A DNA stretch of 63,919 nucleotides, the filler included, from Octopus bimaculoides (taxonomy: Eukaryota), in the NCBI RefSeq assembly GCF_001194135.2. It is 7 parts of 7 records of this genome, joined end to end, with 100 filler letters (N's around TTAATTAATTAA, not from the genome) between each part and the next. Parts side by side here need not be neighbours in the genome. Positions count along the whole stretch, not along the records: positions 1 to 13,826 come from NC_068981.1; 6 more parts are not named here. One strand, written 5' to 3'. This document shows, in pieces, positions 1-11,600 of the stretch. Made by a program: the position numbers and the translations under genes. Below the pieces are notes generated by a model. The model ran no database searches. It was not told the DNA's origin and was given only the letters and a program-made list of their open reading frames with translations. The number at the start of each line of letters is the position of its first letter. The stretch's first letter is position 1.

Positions 1-88
1 TATATATATATGTATATATATATATATATATATGTATGTATATCTATCTATCTATCTATCTATCTATATATCTATCTATCTATCTATC

Positions 89-120
<32 letters not shown>

Positions 121-164
121 CATATCTATATATATGTATATATATATGTATGTATGTGTATGTA

Positions 165-239
<75 letters not shown>

Positions 240-240
240 A
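1..240. repeat. Compound (TA)n/(TCTA)n microsatellite
   Basis: Direct inspection. The ORFs 10..414, 32..241 and 36..266 are its translation. Confidence 0.97.
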
Positions 241-259
241 AACAAGGGCAAAAGAAAAG

Positions 260-404
260 ACTCTGAGAGTGTAGTGGGTGCTTTTACATGCCACCGGCAT
301 GAGGGCCCGTCTGACGGTACTGGCAACGGCTACGCTCAAATGGTGTTTTTATGTGCCACCTGCACAGGAGTCTGTCCAGCGGCGCTGCCAACGACCTTGC
401 TTGG
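260..404 (-). mobile_element. RTE-clade LINE 3' UTR fragment
   Basis: GAGAGTGTAGTGGGTGCTTTTAC matches the RTE 3' UTR at 7970-8038. CAACGACCTTGCTTGG resembles the sequence at about 1154-1170 and 8208-8223. Confidence 0.75.
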
Positions 405-584
405 TATTTTATAAGCTTAAAGCTTATAAGCAGTCATCATGTAATGACTAAAGAAAATAGTCTAATACTGGGGCATATGTGTGTACAGAAACCCTTTCTG
501 TTGAGGGATTGTATACCCCAATATTAGACTATTTTCTTTAGTCATTGCATGATGACTGCTTATAAGCTTTAAGCTTATAAAATA
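405..584. mobile_element. Fold-back element / MITE with ~70-bp inverted arms
   Basis: 405-473 is the reverse complement of 516-584 with 2 mismatches, and both ends are TA (possible TSD). Confidence 0.8.
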
Positions 585-639
585 TTATTATCATCAGTTA
601 CACAATTGTAAAAATCAACACTGCTTGCCAAAAACCCAT

Positions 640-680
<41 letters not shown>

Positions 681-1119
681 NNNNNNNNNNNNNNNNNNNN
701 NNNNNNNNNNNNNNNNNNNNNNNNNNNNNNNNNNNNNNNNNNNNNNNNNNNNNNNNNNNNNNNNNNNNNNNNNNNNNNNNNNNNNNNNNNNNNNNNNNNN
801 NNNNNNNNNNNNNNNNNNNNNNNNNNNNNNNNNNNNNNNNNNNNNNNNNNNNNNNNNNNNNNNNNNNNNNNNNNNNNNNNNNNNNNNNNNNNNNNNNNNN
901 NNNNNNNNNNNNNNNNNNNNNNNNNNNNNNNNNNNNNNNNNNNNNNNNNNNNNNNNNNNNNNNNNNNNNNNNNNNNNNNNNNNNNNNNNNNNNNNNNNNN
1001 NNNNNNNNNNNNNNNNNNNNNNNNNNNNNNNNNNNNNNNNNNNNNNNNNNNNNNNNNNNNNNNNNNNNNNNNNNNNNNNNNNNNNNNNNNNNNNNNNNNN
1101 NNNNNNNNNNNNNNNNNNN

Positions 1120-1439
1120 GCCACCCGCACAAGAACCAGTCCAGGGGCACTGGCAACGATCTTACTTGGCTTGCCGGGTCTTCTCACGCACAGCACATTG
1201 CCAAAGGTCTTGGTCAGTAGTCATCGCCTCGGTGAGGCCCAATGTACGAAGGTCTTGCCTCACCACCTCAGCCCAGGTCTTCCTGGGCCTACCTCTTCCA
1301 CGGGTTCCCTCAACTGTTAGGGTGTGGCACTTTTTCACGCAGCTATCCTCATCCATTCTCACCACATGTCCATACCAGCGCAATCGTCTCTCTTGCACGC
1401 CACAACTGATGCTTCTAATATTCAGCTTTTCTCTCAAGA
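1120..1439 (-). mobile_element. Young 5'-truncated RTE LINE (end of RT ORF)
   Basis: ORF 1162..1437 reads ERRLRWYGHVVRM...RGRGRPRKTW, the typical RTE C-terminus, and is near-identical to 8183-8493. Confidence 0.92.
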
Positions 1440-1689
1440 TGATGCTTCTAATGTTCAGCTTATATATATATATATATATATTGTAATGTATGCATTTATG
1501 AGTAAAATCTTGTATATGAGGAAATTGGTGATGTTCTGTGTTGGTAAGAATTATTTGATAACAGAGTTCTTAAAAGGACTTGATGATCTCAGTTGTCACG
1601 AGGAGTGAACAATCTTATGTTCTGAGTTCCTGTCCTCTGAATAAGAGAGAGAGAGTGGGGGTCAAGGTTAGGGTATAGCTATAACTTAG

Positions 1690-1980
1690 CTGTTACTTGC
1701 AAGTGGTTAATTTGCATCATGCTTTTGCCAACTGTTTTAGGGGTTTATGTAGTTTCAAGCAGACCCAGATGCTCTCTTGGCTCCTCTCACCCTTGACTCA
1801 GCAGATAGCTGGTGGGAGAGAGGCAACACCAGCAGTCATTTTCAGCTGCATGGACTGAAAGAGTATGAAATTATGTGGCTTACTTGAAGACACAATGCAT
1901 CACCCAGTCCAGGAATGGAATCTTTGATTTGATGATCAATGATTCCAATACCCTAACCATTAAGCTATGTAGCTTCACAG
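1690..1980 (-). mobile_element. Degraded SINE
   Basis: Resembles other dispersed copies (about 8990-9215, 23405-23620, 35095-35336) that share CAGCTG..TGAACTGGAGCAAC-like and tRNA-head-like segments. Confidence 0.5.
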
Positions 1981-1997
1981 AGTAAGCGAGGCTTTAA

Positions 1998-2216
1998 CCC
2001 TTTAACATTCAAACTGACCATATCCAGCCAAAATATTCTGCCTCTTTTATATTCAAACTGGCCAGATCCAATATCTCACACCTACCCTACAATGTCATGG
2101 TAAAAATAAACAATCACATCATTGAAATCTTGATGCCTTAAGATAAAGTGTGATTAATTTAAAACAATGTGACTAAGTAGGCATTTCATTTGCAGAGTAA
2201 CCTGAATGCTAAAGGG
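1998..2216. mobile_element. piggyBac-type MITE
   Basis: TTAA on both sides (1994-1997, 2217-2220). TIRs CCCTTTAACATTCA / TGAATGCTAAAGGG differ by 1 mismatch. Confidence 0.9.
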
Positions 2217-2775
2217 TTAAAGAGAAAAAAAGAGTGGTGTTGTCACTTTGGCAACAAACTATCTGGCTTTTGCTTCCTGATTTCAATACCTCAAACTTTT
2301 TTTGTCCTTTCAATGGTTATCGGTTTGTATCTTTGAAGAGAGTTAGAATTTAAAATAATATTAAAGGAATAGGTTTTGTTAAAATCAGAAATCAGTTTTT
2401 AGAAACTCATAATCGTACACTGAAATGCTTATTTTTTTTACTCACTGTTAACTCAGTATACACTTATTTGTATTGATTTTTTATCCTCCTGGGTTTAGCA
2501 TAGCACCACCATCAAATATGTAAATGAACTAAGTTATTTATCTTTTATAACTTATAAAAAAAAAGATGTCTATGTTATATTTCTGTGAAACTCGCAGTAG
2601 TTTGGTATATACCATTTTTGCTGCTATTAACACAGCTGTCATAGATTGTGATGGTGATGGTTCTATTATATTTGATCTATACTTTTATACACAGTAATTT
2701 AAGTAAACAGCTTTCTAAAGTTTTTAAAATTTTTTTTCTAGAATAGTTGCTTAGCCAGATGTCAATTTAAAGGTC

Positions 2776-4400
2776 ATCATTATCATTTTATGTCCATTTT
2801 TCCATGCTTATATTAGTTGGACAGCTCCTCTCCAACAGTGTCTTGTCACAAGTTGCAGTGTTTCTCATCTCTTTTATGAGGTTTTGCTTCTTGAGATCAG
2901 TATTCATCACTACTTCCTGTATCTTCTTAGGTCTACCTCTTCTGCAAGTTCCTTCTGTTTGAGAATTTCTGGCACTTTCCTATATCCAAATTTCATTGTG
3001 TATATAAACATTACATGTCTGTATCTGAACAATCTTCCCTTTTGCACTAGTTTTACTTTAATACCTCTCAAGTCTGGGCTTTTACCTCAGCATTTCAAAT
3101 TTCCATAATTCTTTGATAGATTCAGTTATGAATAGGACTTCTTACTGACAGCCTGTCTTAATCTCCTCTGTTATGGCCTGAAGAACTACAATATATAGAA
3201 AACTGAGCCCTGAACTCTGATGGGCTTTTACCCACATGCTAAATTCCTCGTTTAACTCATTCCTGACATGATCTTGATACATCGTTTGCTCAGTTCTCAC
3301 CAGTTAGTCCTCTACACCTAGTTTTCTAAGCAGCCATTAGACTACAGAGCACAGTAATCTGTCAAAAGCCTTTTCCAGGTTGACAAATGCTAGGCATAGT
3401 GACTTTTTCCCAGCAAAGCACTTTCCTCTTGGAAGAGGACTCAAGTGGTACCCTACTGTCCAGCTGAAAACTCAAACTGCATTTCATTGAGCTAATCCTT
3501 TTCCTAATCATTTGTGATTATAACTGTTTTTGATGATTTCATAACCTGGTTCACCAATTTACTGTCTCTGTTTTTGATTCTTTCTAAAGCATCATCTTTG
3601 CCCTTGTAGCAGTTTTATATGATGCTACTCTGCCATTGATTGTTTGACACCTCTTTGTGTTTCCTGATTGACTGTATCAGTGACTGATGCATGCCTTTAC
3701 TTTGCCATTTATTTTCAACATCTGAGTTACTATTACTGATGGTCCAGTTGATTTCACTGGGTTTTTTTTATCTTAAAGTAGGCTTTTAACCATAAAGCTG
3801 TCAACTTTAATAACTAGCCTCTCTGTTGTGTCAGCTTGGAGTAGACCCTCTCTCTTCCACACATTTTCTTGGTCCAGCAACCTCTTGTAGCAACATTTCA
3901 TGCTTCTTTCTTCTTGGCATTGGTAGAGTCTGTGCATTGTTATCCTATACACACTTTCTCCATATAACATCTTAATTTGCACTAACACACTGTAATCTAA
4001 AATATTATTTTTGTATATCTGTTTCTATCCTCATGCAATATTAGCAAATCTTTTACTTTCAACTTTCCTCCTTACACACACCTGATGTTTAGCTTCTCTT
4101 CTCAGATGTTGTTCTTTGCTTTCTGCTTTCTTGCAGTCTTTCCAACTCTGTCTTTCAGCTTTCAGAAATACTTCTTAGAATTCTGTTTGATGTGTATTTG
4201 GTTTGTCTATCATTGTAGGAACATTTGTTGCTGCATCAAAGCAGAGGGTTTCTGGCAATCATTGCTCAACATCCATATCTGTATTATTGAGCATCTGTTA
4301 TTATTTTCTGTGAAGACTACTAAACACCTCTCTATTACAAACTACACTCTTTTAGACTCGGGTCTTGAATTTTCTAGTGTCACATATCTGGTAGTAATGT
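2776..4400 (-). mobile_element. Old, heavily decayed RTE LINE (RT region to 3' tail)
   Basis: Minus-strand translation gives LAFVNLEKAFD (3361-3393) and GTCRRGRPKK, with a (CAT)n-like tail near 2776. Many stops and frameshifts; 5' limit uncertain. Confidence 0.8.
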
Positions 4401-4569
4401 TTATTAGCTCCATGCCAAAAGAAAGAAAGAAAAAAACAAGACAAAACAAAAAACATTCTTCAGCTATAATTTTAGCTTCTGTGAATCTGTTTTCTTTTAT
4501 TCATTTAGAAATATTGGGGACTTATGTGTGAGAGGTGCCAACCAGAACATTCTCAACCAAATACTGATT

Positions 4570-4715
4570 TCAGATTTTGGCACAAGGCCAGCAATTTTGA
4601 GGGAAGGGATAGGTCAATTACATCAACCCCAGTATTCAGTTGGTACTTATTTTATCAACCCTGAAAGGATGAATAGCAAAGTTGACCCTTGCTGCATTTG
4701 AATGCAGAATGTCAC
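4570..4715 (-). mobile_element. SINE family B fragment (CpG-decayed)
   Basis: CCCCAGTATTCAGTTGGTACTTATTTTATCAACCCTGAAAGGATGAA matches the family B core seen at 63160-63245. Confidence 0.8.
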
Positions 4716-5261
4716 ATGGTAACTGGTAGTAACTGGTAGTCCAGTTACTTCTAAATTTCTATATGTACATGCAAAATGTATATTCTTTCTTATGTAATGT
4801 CTACATTAAATGAGGGTCAGTCAAAGTGGTTGCTTGACTTGCTAAAATCAACAGTGAAGTTTCCTTCAGATAAGCAATGTCTGATAAAGAGGAAAGAAAA
4901 CAGAATTTACGTAGATGCTTATTGTTCTGTGTTCTAATCTAACGACTTCTGCTGTCTTCAGTGAACTGAGAATCACAAAATTAAGTGTATTGAGAACACA
5001 GCATCTATAGTGATGTTGATTATGGTAATAAATCATTATAATAATAATTTCTGGCATTGGGACATTGAGCTGATGCTATTTGCTCAAGTCGCTGCACTGT
5101 GGTATTGAACCAGGAACTGTGTGATTGCAAAGCAAATTTTTTAACCATATGGCAATGTGGATGATGCCAGAGGCATGTAAAAAGCACCATGGAGGCAATG
5201 ACAAATGACCTTTGGCATTATGGTGTGCTTGAGAAGACACATCAAGTCTAGTGAAATCATA

Positions 5262-5488
5262 GTTGTAGCAGATACCTGTGTCATGCAACTGGCACCCATG
5301 CCGGTGGCACATAAAAGCACCCATTACACTCTTGGAGTGATTGGTGTTAAGAAGGGCATTCAGCCATAAAAACCATGCCAAATCAGACTGGAGTCTGGTG
5401 TAGCCCCTCAGCTTGTCAGCCCTAGTCAAACTGTCTAACCCATGCCAACATGAACAATGGATGTTAAATGATGATGATGATGATGATA
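5262..5488 (+). mobile_element. RTE LINE 3' UTR with (GAT)n tail
   Basis: Diverged reverse complement of 7830-8038, ending ATGTTAAATGATGATGATG. Confidence 0.8.
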
Positions 5489-5792
5489 ATGGCCATGCTC
5501 GTTCCCATAATTTTACAAGGTTCAACCTACCTAGATGTCTGGACTAGTTTACCAGATCTTCTGGAAGCACCTGTCTTGAGAACATCAGCAGACTGATGCT
5601 TCATCCATAAAGATTTGTCTTCCATCTCTCACCTGCTGAACTCCCACAAAAAACAAGAGCTAGTACTATCAAACCCTGAGAAGTTAGTTCTCTATGGAAT
5701 CTGGGACATCATTAAAGTTGATGCTATGAATACTACTAGAAGCACATCATCTTAAGGAGACCATGATATAACTAAATTGAAAAAAGAAAGAA

Positions 5793-5824
<32 letters not shown>

Positions 5825-6917
5825 NNNNNNNNNNNNNNNNNNNNNNNNNNNNNNNNNNNNNNNNNNNNNNNNNNNNNNNNNNNNNNNNNNNNNNNNNNNN
5901 NNNNNNNNNNNNNNNNNNNNNNNNNNNNNNNNNNNNNNNNNNNNNNNNNNNNNNNNNNNNNNNNNNNNNNNNNNNNNNNNNNNNNNNNNNNNNNNNNNNN
6001 NNNNNNNNNNNNNNNNNNNNNNNNNNNNNNNNNNNNNNNNNNNNNNNNNNNNNNNNNNNNNNNNNNNNNNNNNNNNNNNNNNNNNNNNNNNNNNNNNNNN
6101 NNNNNNNNNNNNNNNNNNNNNNNNNNNNNNNNNNNNNNNNNNNNNNNNNNNNNNNNNNNNNNNNNNNNNNNNNNNNNNNNNNNNNNNNNNNNNNNGAAAT
6201 GGGTCTGTTCCTCTTTTCCTGCTAAGTAGACACAGACAAGAAAATGTTATTTAAATAGATAAACAGACAGCTGAACAGCCAGATAGAAATGTAGATTGCT
6301 AAATTGACACATACATACATAGGCAGATTATTACATAGATAAATTGATACTTACAGACACATACACACACACTCATACATACATTCATCCACTCATGTAC
6401 ACACACACACACACACACCATCACTACCATTACCCATCTCCATCATCCAGCCATGCATCATAATCAACATCATCATCATCATCATCATCATCTATACTGA
6501 CAATATGGCTAGACTATTAAAGTATTTGACTGTGTCTCTCACTCATAGATCCTGGAATTACTGTGCTTTGCCAAAGTTCCGTCTGCTATAGCCATTGTCA
6601 TTGAAAGACAAATTGCAAAATGTCCACACAGCTATCAATAGGAACTGAGGCAACAACTGTTTGTCACAAACCGAATTAGGTTATCAACTGGGGAATATTC
6701 CTCTAGTGGCAACTTGTTTGTAATTCTCTTTGTCCCTAGCAGTGAGCACTTTATCAGTCCTGATGAGGAAATGCCAAGGCTGCATGTTAGCATTTGCAGA
6801 GGAGAGAAAAAAATCAATATCATCAACATCTTGTCATTGACACTGTAAGTTTGGGTACACTTAGCATGACTGTTGGAATAATATCTGTAGGACCTATGAT
6901 AAATACAACACGTCCCA

Positions 6918-7357
6918 TCATCGTCATCATTGTTTGACATCTACTTTTCCATGCCCGCATGGGTCAGAGGGGATTTGTTGAGGCAGATTTTCTATGGCCA
7001 GGTGCCTTTCCTGTCATCAACCTTCACTTGTTTCTAAGGTAAGGTAGTATTTTTCTCATAACCAGACATGTCTTAGAAGATTGGAAACTAAGGACACCAC
7101 TTGCATAGTGATGACACTTGTTTAACAACAATCATATGATGTCACACACACACACACACACACTCCTATATACATACTAACATACACACACACATACCTA
7201 TATATGATAGGCTTCTTTCAGTTTCTATCCACCAAATCAGTTCACAAGAATTTGGTTGGCCTGGGGCTATATTAGAAGATGCTTACCCAAGGTGCCATAC
7301 TGTTATAGTGAACCTGAATCCATGTGGTTGGAAGCAAACTTCTTACTACACACCTAT
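6918..7357 (-). mobile_element. tRNA-derived SINE with family A head and RTE-like 3' tail
   Basis: 7205-7357 matches the family A head. 6918-6970 (TTTTCCATGCCCGCATGGGTCAG) resembles the RTE terminus TTTCCATGCTAGCATGGGTTGG. Confidence 0.7.
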
Positions 7358-7379
7358 AAATATGCCCATTAAGAAGAAT

Positions 7380-7800
7380 ATAGCCTATTTTCTTTTCTGG
7401 AACAGAAGATAACTAATATAAATACTTGATGGATAAAAAGGATAGGAATGCCACCAAGTCACCACATTGTGATAGAAAATGTTGAGTATGTTTTAACAAT
7501 GTGGAAAGACCTCATTCGCACCAGCAACTACCCCAAAATGTCCACAAAGAACTACTTTCCCTCAAGACATGACTCAGTTGCCAGTATTATTTACAATGCT
7601 ATCTGTAGGAGTGACTATTCTGACAGTCCTCTCAAAAGTATACCAGAACCAGAATGAATCTACACCTTTAAAGATAAGGAATCCTGGTGGAATTTTTCAT
7701 TAAAAATAGCAATCTGGTGCAGATGCAGTAGATCTGACATTATTCTGTTGGACAGGGAACAAATGTTAGAAACTGCTTTGTGTTCCTAGAAATGTCACTC
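7380..7800 (+). mobile_element. R4/Dong-like non-LTR retrotransposon fragment (CCHC and restriction-like endonuclease region)
   Basis: ORF 7448..7657 has SNYPKMSTKNYFPSRHDSVASII, which resembles the H..S.C...Y..RHD motif. SDIILLD downstream resembles the PDI motif. Confidence 0.7.
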
Positions 7801-7811
7801 TCAATGGGGGA

Positions 7812-8493
7812 TCATCATCATCATCATCATCGTTTAACGTCCGCTTTCCATGCTAGCATGGGTTGGACGATTTGACTGAGGACTGGTGAAACCGGATGGC
7901 AACACCAGGCTCCAGTCTGATTTGGCAGAGTTTCTACAGCTGGATGCCCTTCCTAACGCCAACCACTCAGAGAGTGTAGTGGGTGCTTTTACGTGTCACC
8001 CGCACGAAAACGGCCACGCTCGAAATGGTGTCTTTTATNNNNNNNNNNNNNNNNNNNNNNNNNNNNNNNNNNNNNNNNNNNNNNNNNNNNNNNNNNNNNN
8101 NNNNNNNNNNNNNNNNNNNNNNNNNNNNNNNNNNNNNNNNNNNNNNNNNNNNNNNNNNNNNNNNNNNNNNNNNNNNNNNNNNACAAGAACCAGTCCAGGG
8201 GCACTGGCAACGATCTTACTTGGCTTGCCGGGTCTTCTCACGCACAGCCCATTTCCAAAGGTCTCGGTCCGTAGTCATCGCCTCGGTGAGGCCCAATGTA
8301 CGAAGGTCTTGCCTCACCACCTCAGCCCAGGTCTTCCTGGGCCTACCTCTTCCACGGGTTCCCTCAACTGTTAGGGTGTGGCACTTTTTCACGCAGCTAT
8401 CCTCCTCCATTCTCACCACATGTCCATACCAGCGCAATCGTCTCTCTTGCACGCCACAACTGATGCTTCTAATGTTCAGCTTTTCTCTCAAGA
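7812..8493 (-). mobile_element. Young 5'-truncated RTE LINE with 3' UTR and (GAT)n tail (gap inside)
   Basis: ORF 8216..8590 contains ERRLRWYGHV...RGRPRKTW. The 3' UTR spans 7830-8038, with (CAT)n at 7812-7830 on the plus strand. Confidence 0.93.
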
Positions 8494-8890
8494 GATTATT
8501 TTTTTCATGCAAAGAGGGAAGTTGTTGCTTTATGAGACTTAGATTGTAACTCTGAAACAATATCTCTAGCAGAGGGGAAAAGTTCAGCAACTATCATTAT
8601 AAAGTAACATTGAAATAGTTTATAAACATGTGGAGAGACACAGATCTCTCTCCAAAGAACATTGGAAAATCCTTCTTGACACTACACCCAAATAAAGAAA
8701 AGAGCAAGCTCAGTGAGAAAGTTGTATAAAGATCCCCATGGTGGTGCTCCAGCATGACCACAGTTGCATGGCTGAAACAAGTAAAAGAATAAAAGAATAG
8801 ATAATTAGGAAAAAAAGATGGAAAATAGATGAAATAAAAAGCCTGACATAGGATACTGACAAGTTTATAATATCATAGCTTGAAACTTAC

Positions 8891-8932
8891 CTTCATGTAA
8901 TCCAAATCTAAGAAATACCCACCAGGCATCTT
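8891..8932 (-). CDS. Candidate internal exon of an unidentified gene (KMPGGYFLDLDYMK, phase 0/0)
   Basis: Acceptor TTGTTTTGTTTTTCTTTGGTAG and donor AAG|GTAAGT enclose 42 nt, phase-compatible with 9792-9851. No homology recognised. Confidence 0.45.
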
Positions 8933-9239
8933 CTACCAAAGAAAAACAAAACAAAGCATCTGCTGTCAATATGTGTAGGCTACCAGAATTTTGGGAGGCA
9001 CATAGCTTAGTGGTTTGGGTGTTGAACTCATGATTGTAAGATTGTGGTTTTGATTCCTGGACTGGGAAATGCATTGTGTTCTTGAGCAAAAGACTTCACT
9101 TCATGTTGCTTCAGTCTGCTCAGCTGGTAAAAATGAGTAATCCTATAGCAGACTGGCATTGTGTCCAGGGTAGAATATATACACCAGAGAAACTAGGAAA
9201 CTGACCTTATGCTCTTTATTGAGTAATGTGGACTGACTG

Positions 9240-9592
9240 ACTAGCATTTTACATTTGCTCTTGCCACATAGTTTTAGGTTCAGTCTTGGTATGTGGCACC
9301 TTGAGCAAGTGCTTTTTGCTATAACTCTGGCCAGTCAAAGCCTTATGAGTGAATTTGATCGATGGAAACTGAACGAAACCTGTTGTGCCCGTAAGTTTGT
9401 GCCTCTTTGTCTTGACATAATGTGATAGTTATAAATGGATGACACCAACATATAAGTGGTGCCATGTAAGCATGTTTGGTCTTGAAGAAATATTAACTTG
9501 TTTGAAAACAAATGCAGATTGGTGACAATCATAGAAAATCTGCTTTAATAAATTCCATCTGACTCATCTATGCAAGTATGAAAAAGGGGACA
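9240..9592 (+). mobile_element. Decayed SINE, family A head with RTE-like tail
   Basis: GTGGCACCTTGAGCAAGTG head, and the end CATCTATGCAAGTATGAAAAAGGGGACAT resembles the RTE terminus. Confidence 0.6.
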
Positions 9593-9791
9593 TTTTCCAT
9601 GCTGGCATGGGTGGAATGGTTTATTCAAGGCAATATTTTATGGCTGGATGTCCTGCTCGTTGCCAACGCATTTAGCCTCATATTACATACCATACATTGG
9701 GATGTGGTATACCTATTCTATAACTGGGATGCACATGGTTTGTCTCGGTTCTAGAATCCCTATGTAACCAAAAACCAAAGACATTACTTAC

Positions 9792-9851
9792 ATTATTGCC
9801 AAGTGTGAGAGACTGTCCTACTGTCCTCTGAACACTACCCTTCCAAGCAAT
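9792..9851 (-). CDS. Candidate internal exon of an unidentified gene (IAWKGSVQRTVGQSLTLGNN, phase 0/0)
   Basis: Strong acceptor TTTTTTTCCTTTCTTCCTCAATTACAG and donor AAT|GTAAGT enclose 60 nt; only one frame is open. Confidence 0.5.
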
Positions 9852-10838
9852 CTGTAATTGAGGAAGAAAGGAAAAAAATAACAAATATAAATACAATATT
9901 GGTGGAATCTAAAAAAAAATGACAAAAATCAGTGACCAAATTAAAATACCAGATTGCAACAAGCTGCTCTCCCTGTTAGATTGGAAGCCCGAAAGGTCTT
10001 CAATCTCCTGATATCATGCCCTCAACAAGGTTCTCCACAAACCTACAAAACCTACTGTGATCATCATCATTTAACATCTGTGTTCCATGCTAGCATGGAT
10101 ACAAAATTGTTTATGTAGCCTGGACAAGACTCAGCCACAATCCTACTGATATTGTATCAGTTCAGCATAAATTGGATGCCATTGAGTGGTGTGAAGTGTT
10201 GGAAGTGCTGTGAAGCCATGTTAATTTACTTGACCAACATCAGCAGGCATGTTTCTACTCCACCTTACCATGGTTACCAACCATACCCTGAAATTTGACT
10301 GGTACTCAGCTGGATATTGACTTTCTCTGAAGTGTTGTTTCATTCAGGTTTGGTCTTTGGATCTGTGAATGACACTATGCCATTGCTGGTATGTTGTTGG
10401 AAAATACTTGTCCTGTTACCCAGCACTGGCTGTTTTCTTGGAATGCTCCCTTCAGTGATATCATAAAATGTGATTTGGGTAGAGCTAGTTTTCTGTCACA
10501 ACTGGCGTTAGTGGAGTTAGGGCCTCAGGGATAGTGAAAAGAACAATGTGATAATCTTCCCATTCTGAAGTAGCAAGTCACTCAGCTGGGATACAAACTG
10601 CAGCAATACTTTCTCTAGCAGAAAACTGGCGAAAGTGGTTCAGACCCAGGACTTGTCACTTGACAGGGTAGAGATTTTCTCAATGATGAAGTACCAGTTA
10701 CTCTGATAGGTTTCTTTTTGATCACTTGGTGGTGGAAAAGACTAACATCCTGGGAACCGGAACCACCTCTCTACTTAGTTTGATTTGGATTAACTAATGT
10801 CATGATATTGTTGTCTTTTGTGAAAATCAGCTACTTAC

Positions 10839-10903
10839 TTGGCATCAATGTGATAAGAAAAATACAGGAAATGGAAGACATCTATGGACCATTGATGAGG
10901 AAT
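10839..10903 (-). other. Candidate exon (65 nt, possibly 5' UTR)
   Basis: Acceptor TTTTTGGTGCTGAATTTGCAG and donor CAA|GTAAGT. Its open frame is not phase-compatible with 9792-9851. Confidence 0.3.
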
Positions 10904-11379
10904 CTGCAAATTCAGCACCAAAAATATACTTTCACTTTTATACTCATTATTGAAGCAGTGAAGCAACAGAATTATGTATCAATACACTTTTTTTCTTTGG
11001 AGAGAGAACATAGTTCATAATTAATATGCTACAGATGATCATAATATCTGGGACAATAAAAACCTGTAAGACCTTAAGATTTAGGGAATATACTATTGTA
11101 CAAAGGGTGATGAAGAGAACAAAACCTTCACCTTTATTAAAAGAAAAAAAAAGAATTCCTTATAAGCTTGCCACCAAGCAGGTGACTTGTTAAAATATAT
11201 TCTAAAAGAGGCAATCAGGAAGAGAAAACGTACATGTGCATACATTTAGAGAGAAATAAATTGACACACATATACATGTATGGATAGAATGATAGATCAA
11301 TCAATTGACTGATAGAGAATTACTTGCAGAATTGTATAAATGAGTACATCTGATAGTTACAACCAGTAAAATCTATTCA

Positions 11380-11600
11380 CACTGCCGTCATAGTAACTCT
11401 AACATATTGAGTGAAGGCTGCCATATCTGACTGGGAGGGTGGCTTGTTGCCTGCCATCATGTATTTTAATTTGTTTACTGTTTGTATCTTTAGTTTCCAC
11501 CAATATCATTATTGAAATAATTCATCCATTCCACTGCTGTCTGAAATCCTGACTCACCACCAATTTTCTTATTAAAAATCACTTGACTGTCATAACCAAA
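11380..11600 (-). mobile_element. Possible ancient Tigger/pogo transposase fragment
   Basis: IFNKKIGGESGFQTAVEWMNYF resembles the CENP-B-type F.AS.GW..F motif; stops follow. Confidence 0.35.

Noticed and set aside
5633-5771. Minus-strand segment with a strong acceptor and donor; sub-segment GLIVLALVFCGSSA looks like a signal peptide
   Set aside because: The full segment has stops in all frames, the signal-peptide version needs a weak acceptor, and there is no convincing downstream exon.
6740-6844. Plus-strand candidate exon SEHFISPDEEMPRLHVSICRGEKKINIINILSLT
   Set aside because: Splice sites are good, but I found no phase-compatible partner or homology. It competes with the minus-strand model and is left unresolved, not disproved.
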